Of a stretch of DNA of 64,000 nucleotides, positions 54,401-64,000 are shown in pieces (the stretch's first letter is position 1; each line of letters begins with the position of its first letter). Below the pieces are notes generated by a model, which made no database searches, was not told the DNA's origin, and saw nothing but the letters and a program-made list of their open reading frames with translations. The stretch comes from Eledone cirrhosa (taxonomy: Eukaryota). Both the position numbers and the translations under genes were made by a program. The stretch lies in assembly GCA_964016885.1 (NCBI GenBank), contig OZ024757.1, forward strand, positions 2,914,001 through 2,978,000, read 5' to 3'.

Positions 54401-57400
54401 GTCTATAGTATCAGAGATGTGATCTCCCCATTCAGAGATTCTTTCCTGAGACATTCTAACCACATGTCTGTAGTATCAGAGCTGTGATCTCTCAATTCAG
54501 AGATTCTTTCCTGAGACATTCAAACCACATGTCTATAGTATCAGAGCTGTGATCTCTCAATTCAGAGATTCTTTCCTGAGGCATTCTAACCACATGTCTA
54601 AAGTATCAGAGCTGTGATCTCTCAATTCAGAGATTCTTTCCTGAAACATTCAAACCACATGTCTGAAGTATCAGACGTGTGATCTCTCAATTCAAAGATT
54701 CTTTCCTGAGACATTCTAACTACATGTCTGTAGTATCAGAGCTGTAATCTCTCAATTCATAAATTCTTTCCAGAGACATTCTAACCACATGACCATAGTA
54801 TCAGAGCTGTGATCTCTCAATTCAGAGATTCTTTCCAGAGACATTCAAACCACATGTCTATAGTATCAGAGCTGTGATCTCTCAATTCAGAGATTCTTTC
54901 CTGAGGCATTCTAACCACATGTCTAAAGTATCAGAGCTGTGATCTCTCAATTCAGAGATTCTTTCCTGAAACATTCAAACCACATGTCTGAAGTATCAGA
55001 CGTGTGATCTCTCAATTTAGAGATTCTTTCCTGAGACATTCTAACTACATATCTGTAGTATCAGAGCTGTGAACTCTCAATTCAGAGTTTCTTTCCTGAG
55101 ACATTCTAAGAACATGTCTATAGTATCAGAGCTGTGATCTCTCAATTCAGAGAATCTTTCCTGAGACATTCAAACCACATGTCTGTAGTATCAGAGCTGT
55201 GATCTCTCAATTCAGAGATTCTTTCCTGAGGCATTCTAACCACATGTCTAAAGTATCAGAGCTGTGATCTCTCAATTCAGAGATTCTTTCCTGAAACATT
55301 CAAACCACATGTCTGTAGTATCAGAGGTGTGATCTCTCAATTCATAGATTCTTTCCAGAGACATTCTAACCACATGAACATAGTATCAGAGCTGTGATCT
55401 CTCAATTCAGAGATTCTTTCCAGGGACATTCTAACCGCATGTCTATAGTATCAGAGCTGTGATCTCTCCATTCAGAGATTCTTTCCTGAGACATTCTAAC
55501 CACATGTCTGTAGTATCAGAGCTGTGATCTCTCAATTCAGAGATTCTTTCCTGAGACATTCTAACCACATGGCTGTAGTATCAGAGCTGTGATCTCTCAA
55601 TTCAAAGATTCATTCCTGAGATAATTCTAACCCCATATCTATAGTATCAATGCTGTGATCTCTCAATTCAGAAATTCTTTCCTGAGACATTCTAACCACA
55701 TATCGGTAGTATCAGAGCTGTGATCTCTCAATGCAGAGATTCTTTCCTGAGACATTCTAACCCCATGTCTATAGTATCAGAGCTGTGATCTCTCAATTCA
55801 GAGATTCTTTCCTGAGGCATTCTAACCACATGTCTAAAGTATCAGAGCTGTGATCTCTCAATTCAGAGATTCTTTCCTGAGACATTCAAACCACATGTCT
55901 ATTGTATCAGAGCTGTGATCTCTCAATTCAGAGATTCTTTCCTGAGGCATTCTAACCACATGTCTAAAGTATCACAGCTGTGATCTCTCAATTCAGAGAT
56001 TCTTTCCTGAAACATTCAAACCACATGTCTATAGTATCAGAGCTGTGATCTCTCAATTCAGAGATTCTTTCCTGAGGCATTCTAACCACATGTCTAAAGT
56101 ATCAGAGCTGTGATCTCTCAATTCAGAGTTTCTTTCCTGAGACATTCTAAGCACATGTCTATAGTATCAGAGCTGTGATCTCTCAATTCAGAAATTCTTT
56201 CCTGAGACATTCTAACCACATATCGGTAGTATCAGAGCTGAGATCTCTCAATTCAGAGATTATTTCCTGAGACATTCTAACTACATGTCTGTAGTATCAG
56301 AGCTGTGATCTCTCAATTCAGAGATTCTTTCCTGAGGCATTCTAACCACATGTCTAAAGTATCAGAGCTGTGATCTCTCAATTCAGAGATTCTTTCCTGA
56401 AACATTCAAACCACATGTCTGTAGTATCAGAGGTGTGATCTCTCAATTCAAAGATTCTTTCCTGAGACATTCTAACTACATGTCTGTAGTATCAGAGCTG
56501 TAATCTCTCAATTCATAGATTCTTTCCAGAGACATTCTAACCACATGAACATAGTATCAGAGCTGTGATCTCTCAATTCAGAGATTCTTTCCAGGGACAT
56601 TCTAACCGCATGTCTATAGTATCAGAACTGTGATCTCTCCATTCAGAGATTCTTTCCTGAGACATTCTAACCACATGTCTGTAGTATCAGAGCTGTGATC
56701 TCTCAATTCAGATATTCTTTCCTGAGACATTCTAACCACATGGCTGTAGTATCAGAGCTGTGATCTCTCAATTCAAAGATTCATTCCTGAGATAATTCTA
56801 ACCCCATATCTATAGTATCAGTGCTGTGATCTCTCAATTCAGAAATTCTTTCCTGAGACATTCTAACCACATATCGGTAGTATCAGAGCTGTGATCTCTC
56901 AATTCAGAGATTCTTTCCTGAGACATTCTAACCCCATGTCTATAGTATCAGAGCTGTGATCTCTCCATTCAGAGATTCTTTCCTGAGGCATTCTAACCAC
57001 ATGTCTAAAGTATCAGAGCTGTGATCTCTCAATTCAGAGATTCTTTCCTGAGACATTCAAACCACATGTCTATTGTATCAGAGCTGTGATCTCTCAATTC
57101 AGAGATTCTTTTCTGAGGCATTCTAACCACATGTCTAAAGTATCAAAGCTGTGATCTCTCAATTCAGAGATTCTTTCCTGAAACATTCAAACCACATGTC
57201 TGTAGTATCAGAGGTGTGATCTCTCAATTCAAAGATTCTTTCCTGAGACATTCTAACTACATGTCTGTAGTATCAGAGCTGTAATCTCTCAATTCATAGA
57301 TTCTTTCCAGAGACATTCTAACCACATGACCATAGTATCAGAGCTGTGATCTCTCAATTCAGAGATTCTTTCCAGAGACATTCTAACTCATGTCTATAGT

Positions 57401-60400
57401 ATCAGAGCTGTGATCTCTCCATTCAGAGATTCTTTCCTGAGACATTCTAACCACATGTCTGTAGTATCAGAGCTGTGATCTCTCAAGTCAGAGATTCTTT
57501 CCTGAGACATTCTAACCACATGGCTGTAGTATCAAAGCTGTCATCTCTCAATTCAAAGATTCATTCCTGAGATAATTCTAACCACATGTCTATAGTATCA
57601 GAGCTGTGATCTCTCAATTCAGAGATTCTTTCCTGAGGCATTCTAACCACATGTCTAAAGTATCAGAGCTGTGATCTCTCAATTCAGAGATTCTTTCCTG
57701 AGACATTCTAAGCACATGTCTATAGTATCAGAGCTGTGATCTCTCAATTCAGAAATTCTTTCCTGAGACATTCTAACCACATATCGGTAGTATCAGAGCT
57801 GAGATCTCTCAATTCAGAGATTATTTCCTGAGACATTCTAACTACATGTCTGTAGTATCAGAGCTGTGATCTCTCAATTTAGAGATTCTTTCCTGAGACA
57901 TTCTAACCACATATCTGTAGTATCAGAGCTGTGAACTCTCAATTCAGAGTTTCTTTTCTGAGACATTCTAAGCACATGTCTATAGTATCAGAACTGTGAT
58001 CTCTCAATTCAGAGAATCTTTCCTGAGACATTCAAACCACATGTCTATAGTATCAGAGCTGTGATCTCTCAATTCAGAGATTCTTTCCTGAGGCATTCTA
58101 ACCACATGTCAAAAGTATCAGAGCTGTGATCTCTCAATTCAGAGATTCTTTCCTGAAACATTCAAACCACATGTCTGTAGTATCAGAGCTGTGATCTCTC
58201 AATTCAGATATTCTTTCCTGAGACATTCTAACCACATGGCTGTAGAATCAGAGCTGTGATCTCTCAATCCAAAGATTCATTCCTGAGATAATTCTAACCC
58301 CATATCTATAGTATCAGTGCTGTGATCTCTCAATTCAGAAATTCTTTCCTGAGACATTCTAACCACATATCGGTAGTATCAGAGCTGTGATCTCTCAATT
58401 CAGAGATTCTTTCCTGAGACATTCTAACCCCATGTCTATAGTATCAGAGCTGTGATCTCTCAATTCAGAGATTCTTTCCTGAGGCATTCTAACCACATGT
58501 CTAAAGTATCAGAGCTGTGATCTCTCAATTCAGAGATTCTTTCCTGAGACATTCAAACCACATGTCTATTGTATCAGAGCTGTGATCTCTCAATTCATAG
58601 ATTCTTTCCTGAGGCATTCTAACCACATGTCTAAAGTATCACAGCTGTGACCTCTCAATTCAGAGATTCTTTCCTGAAACATTCAAACCACATGTCTGTA
58701 GTATCAGAGGTGTGATCTCTCAATTCAAAGATTCTTTCCTGAGACATTCTAACTACATGTCTGTAGTATCAGAGCTGTAATCTCTCAATTCATAGATTCT
58801 TTCCAGAGACATTCTAACCACATGACCATAGTATCAGAGCTGTGATCTCTCAATTCAGAGATTCTTTCCAGAGACATTCTAACTCATGTCTATAGTATCA
58901 GAGCTGTGATCTCTCCATTCAGAGATTCTTTCCTGAGACATTCTAACCACATGTCTGTAGTATCAGAGCTGTGATCTCTCAAGTCAGAGATTCTTTCCTG
59001 AGACATTCTAACCACATGGCTGTAGTATCAAAGCTGTCATCTCTCAATTCAAAGATTCATTCCTGAGATAATTCTAACCCCATATCTATAGTATCAGAGC
59101 TGTGATCTCTCAATTCAAAGATTCTTTTCAGAGATATTCTTACCACATGCCTGTAGTATCAGAGCTGTGATCTCTCAATTCAGAGATTCTTTCCTGAGAC
59201 GTTCTAATCACATGTCTGTAGTATCAGAGCTGTGATCTCTCAATTCAGAGATTCTTTCCTGAGACATTCTAGCCACATGTCTATATTATCAGAGCTGTGA
59301 TCTCTCAATTCAGAGATTATTTCCTGAGACATTCTAACTACATGTCTGTAGTATCAGAGCTGTGATCTCGCAATTTAGAGATTCTTTCCTGAGACATTCT
59401 AACCACATATCTGTAGTATCGGAGCTGTGATCTCTCAATTCAGAGTTTCTTTCCTGAGACATTCTAAGCACATGTCTATAGTATCAGAGCTGTGATCTCT
59501 CAATTCAGAAATTCTATCCTGAGATATTCTAACCACATATCGGTAGTATCAGCGCTGTGATCTCTCAATGCAGAGATTCTTTCCTGAGACATTCTAACCA
59601 CATGTCTATAGTATCAGAACTGTTTTCTCTCAATTCAGGGATTCTTTCCTGAGATATTCTAACCACATGTCTAAAGTATCAGAGCTGTGATCTCTCAATT
59701 CAGAGATTCTTTCCTGAGACATTCTAACCAAATGACAATAGTATCAGAGCTGTGATCTCTCAATTCAGAGATTCCTTCCAGTGACACACTAAGCACATGT
59801 CTGTAGTATCAGATCTGTAATCTCTCAATTCATAGATTCTTTCCAGAGACATTCTAACCACATGACCATAGTATCAGAGCTGTGATCTCTCAATTCAGAG
59901 ATTCTTTCCAGGGACATTCTAACCGCATGTCTATAGTATCAGAACTGTGATCTCTCCATTCAGAGATTCTTTCCTGAGACATTCTAACCACATGTCTGTA
60001 GTATCAGAGCTGTGATCTCTCAATTCAGATATTCTTTCCTGAGACATTCTAACCACATGGCTGTAGTATCAGAGCTGTGATCTCTCAATTCAAAGATTCA
60101 TTCCTGAGATAATTCTAACCCCATATCTATAGTATCAGTGCTGTGATCTCTCAATTCAGAAATTCTTTCCTGAGACATTCTAACCACATATCGGTAGTAT
60201 CAGAGCTGTGATCTCTCAATTCAGAGATTCTTTCCTGAGACATTCTAACCCCATGTCTATAGTATCAGAGCTGTGATCTCTCCATTCAGAGATTCTTTCC
60301 TGAGGCATTCTAACCACATGTCTAAAGTATCAGAGCTGTGATCTCTCAATTCAGAGATTCTTTCCTGAGACATTCAAACCACATGTCTATTGTATCAGAG

Positions 60401-63400
60401 CTGTGATCTCTCAATTCAGAGATTCTTTCCTGAGGCATTCTAACCACATGTCTAAAGTATCAAAGCTGTGATCTCTCAATTCAGAGATTCTTTCCTGAAA
60501 CATTCAAACCACATGTCTGTAGTATCAGAGGTGTGATCTCTCAATTCAAAGATTCTTTCCTGAGACATTCTAACTACATGTCTGTAGTATCAGAGCTGTA
60601 ATCTCTCAATTCATAGATTCTTTCCAGAGACATTCTAACCACATGACCATAGTATCAGAGCTGTGATCTCTCAATTCAGAGATTCTTTCCAGAGACATTC
60701 TAACTCATGTCTATAGTATCAGAGCTGTGATCTCTCCATTCAGAGATTCTTTCCTGAGACATTCTAACCACATGTCTGTAGTATCAGAGCTGTGATCTCT
60801 CAAGTCAGAGATTCTTTCCTGAGACATTCTAACCACATGGCTGTAGTATCAAAGCTGTCATCTCTCAATTCAAAGATTCATTCCTGAGATAATTCTAACC
60901 ACATGTCTATAGTATCAGAGCTGTGATCTCTCAATTCAGGGATTCTTTCCTGAGGCATTCTAACCACATGTCTAAAGTATCAGAGCTGTGATCTCTCAAT
61001 TCAGAGTTTCTTTCCTGAGACATTCTAAGCACATGTCTATAGTATCAGAGCTGTGATCTCTCAATTCAGAAATTCTTTCCTGAGACATTCTAACCACATA
61101 TCGGTAGTATCAGAGCTGAGATCTCTCAATTCAGAGATTATTTCCTGAGACATTCTAACTACATGTCTGTAGTATCAGAGCTGTGATCTCTCAATTTAGA
61201 GATTCTTTCCTGAGACATTCTAACCACATATCTGTAGTATCAGAGCTGTGAACTCTCAATTCAGAGTTTCTTTTCTGAGACATTCTAAGCACATGTCTAT
61301 AGTATCAGAACTGTGATCTCTCAATTCAGAGAATCTTTCCTGAGACATTCAAACCACATGTCTATAGTATCAGAGCTGTGATCTCTCAATTCAGAGATTC
61401 TTTCCTGAGGCATTCTAGCCACATGTCAAAAGTATCAGAGCTGTGATCTCTCAATTCAGAGATTCTTTCCTGAAACATTCAAACCACATGTCTGTAGTAT
61501 CAGAGCTGTGATCTCTCAATTCAGATATTCTTTCCTGAGACATTCTAACCACATGGCTGTAGTATCAGAGCTGTGATCTCTCAATCCAAAGATTCATTCC
61601 TGAGATAATTCTAACCCCATATCTATAGTATCAGTGCTGTGATCTCTCAATTCAGAAATTCTTTCCTGAGACATTCTAACCACATATCGGTAGTATCAGA
61701 GCTGTGATCTCTCAATTCAGAGATTCTTTCCTGAGACATTCTAACCCCATGTCTATAGTATCAGAGCTGTGATCTCTCAATTCAGAGATTCTTTCCTGAG
61801 GCATTCTAACCACATGTCTAAAGTATCAGAGCTGTGATCTCTCAATTCAGAGATTCTTTCCTGAGACATTCAAACCACATGTCTATTGTATCAGAGCTGT
61901 GATCTCTCAATTCATAGATTCTTTCCTGAGGCATTCTAACCACATGTCTAAAGTATCACAGCTGTGACCTCTCAATTCAGAGATTCTTTCCTGAAACATT
62001 CAAACCACATGTCTGTAGTATCAGAGGTGTGATCTCTCAATTCAAAGATTCTTTCCTGAGACATTCTAACTACATGTCTGTAGTATCAGAGCTGTAATCT
62101 CTCAATTCATAGATTCTTTCCAGAGACATTCTAACCACATGACCATAGTATCAGAGCTGTGATCTCTCAATTCAGAGATTCTTTCCAGAGACATTCTAAC
62201 TCATGTCTATAGTATCAGAGCTGTGATCTCTCCATTCAGAGATTCTTTCCTGAGACATTCTAACCACATGTCTGTAGTATCAGAGCTGTGATCTCTCAAG
62301 TCAGAGATTCTTTCCTGAGACATTCTAACCACATGGCTGTAGTATCAAAGCTGTCATCTCTCAATTCAAAGATTCATTCCTGAGATAATTCTAACCCCAT
62401 ATCTATAGTATCAGAGCTGTGATCTCTCAATTCAAAGATTCTTTTCAGAGATATTCTTACCACATGCCTGTAGTATCAGAGCTGTGATCTCTCAATTCAG
62501 AGATTCTTTCCTGAGACGTTCTAATCACATGTCTGTAGTATCAGAGCTGTGATCTCTCAATTCAGAGATTCTTTCCTGAGACATTCTAGCCACATGTCTA
62601 TATTATCAGAGCTGTGATCTCTCAATTCAGAGATTATTTCCTGAGACATTCTAACTACATGTCTGTAGTATCAGAGCTGTGATCTCGCAATTTAGAGATT
62701 CTTTCCTGAGACATTCTAACCACATATCTGTAGTATCGGAGCTGTGATCTCTCAATTCAGAGTTTCTTTCCTGAGACATTCTAAGCACATGTCTATAGTA
62801 TCAGAGCTGTGATCTCTCAATGCAGAGATTCTTTCCTGAGACATTCTAACCACATGTCTATAGTATCAGAACTGTTTTCTCTCAATTCAGGGATTCTTTC
62901 CTGAGATATTCTAACCACATGTCTAAAGTATCAGAGCTGTGATCTCTCAATTCAGAGATTCTTTCCTGAGACATTCTAACCAAATGACAATAGTATCAGA
63001 GCTGTGATCTCTCAATTCAGATATTCCTTCCAGTGACACACTAAGCACATGTCTGTAGTATCAGAGCTGTGATCTCTCAATTCAGAGTTTCTTTCCTGAG
63101 ACATTCTAAGCACATGTCTATAGTATCAGAGCTGTGATCTCTCAATTCAGAAATTCTTTCCTGAGACATTCTAACCACATATCGGTAGTACCAGAGCTGT
63201 GATCTCTCAATTCAGAGATTATTTCCTGAGACATTCTAACTACATGTCTGTAGTATCAGAGCTGTGATCTCACAATTTAGAGATTCTTTCCTGAGACATT
63301 CTAACCACATATCAGTAGTATCAGAGCTGTGAACTATCAATTCAGAGTTTCTTTCCTGAGACATTCTAACCACATGTCTATAGTATCAGAGCTGTGATCT

Positions 63401-64000
63401 CTCAATTCAGAGAATCTTTCCTGAGACATTCAAACCACATGTCTGTAGTATCAGAGCTGTGATCTCTCAATTCAGAGATTCTTTCCTGAAACATTCAAAC
63501 CACATGTCTGTAGTATCAGAGGTGTGATCTCTCAATTCATAGATTCTTTCCAGAGACATTCTAACCACATGACCATAGTATCAGAGCTGAGATTTCTCAA
63601 TTCAGAGATTCTTTCCAGGGACATTCTAACTCATGTCTATAGTATCAGAGCTGTGATCTCTCCATTCAGAGATTCTTTCCTGAGACATTCTAACCACATG
63701 TCTGTAGTATCAGAGCTGAGATCTCTCAATTCAGAGATTCTTTCCTGAGACATTCTAACCACATGGCTGTAGTATCAGAGCTGTGATCTCTCAATTCAAA
63801 GATTCATTCCTGAGATAATTCTAACCCCATATCTATAGTATCAGTGCTGTGATCTCTCAATTCAGAAATTCTTTCCTGAGACATTCTAACCACATATCGG
63901 TAGTATCAGAGCTGTGATCTCTCAATTCAGAGATTCTTTCCTGAGACATTCTAACCTCATGTCTATAGTATCAGAGCTGTGATCTCTCAATTCAGAGATT
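48500..64000. repeat. Higher-order zone built on a 1496-bp (23-monomer) unit with larger nested periods
   Basis: 64-bp aactcatgt variant at 49191, 50687, 52574, 57385, 58881, 60702, 62198: spacing 1496 three times, plus 8194 and 3317 offsets. Confidence 0.8.

Larger units (their letters stand above)
32190..64000. repeat. 65-bp tandem satellite array, right arm (~489 monomers, open at window end)
   Basis: Same monomer and orientation; resumes in phase at gattctttcgagagatattcttacc. Includes 64-bp (aactcatgt) and 66-bp (ccacattgtct) variants. Confidence 0.99.

Noticed and set aside
1-64000. CRISPR array (65-bp period, palindromic conserved part plus more variable part)
   Set aside because: The variable part is the same sequence with point variants, not unique spacers; no cas genes or leader.

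Overview
Eukaryotic-type heterochromatin window. About 97% is one head-to-tail 65-bp tandem satellite (~960 monomers by length; consensus ctctcaattcagagattctttcctgagacattctaaccacatgtctRtagtatcagagctgtgat) with nested, non-fixed higher-order duplications and regional variant zones. The only interruption is a 1706-bp non-coding insertion (30484-32189) flanked by a GATT target-site duplication. It has the layout of a minus-strand non-autonomous LTR retroelement: 5' LTR, degenerate PBS, ~0.9-kb internal region with a CAG/CAA repeat, PPT, 3' LTR. The main oddity is that the insertion looks recent (clean TSD, near-identical empty paralogous site at 19805), yet its two LTRs (428 and 365 bp) share only colinear short motifs, which normal retrotransposition should not produce. 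No credible protein-coding or RNA genes. All comparisons were done by eye; no alignments or database searches were run.
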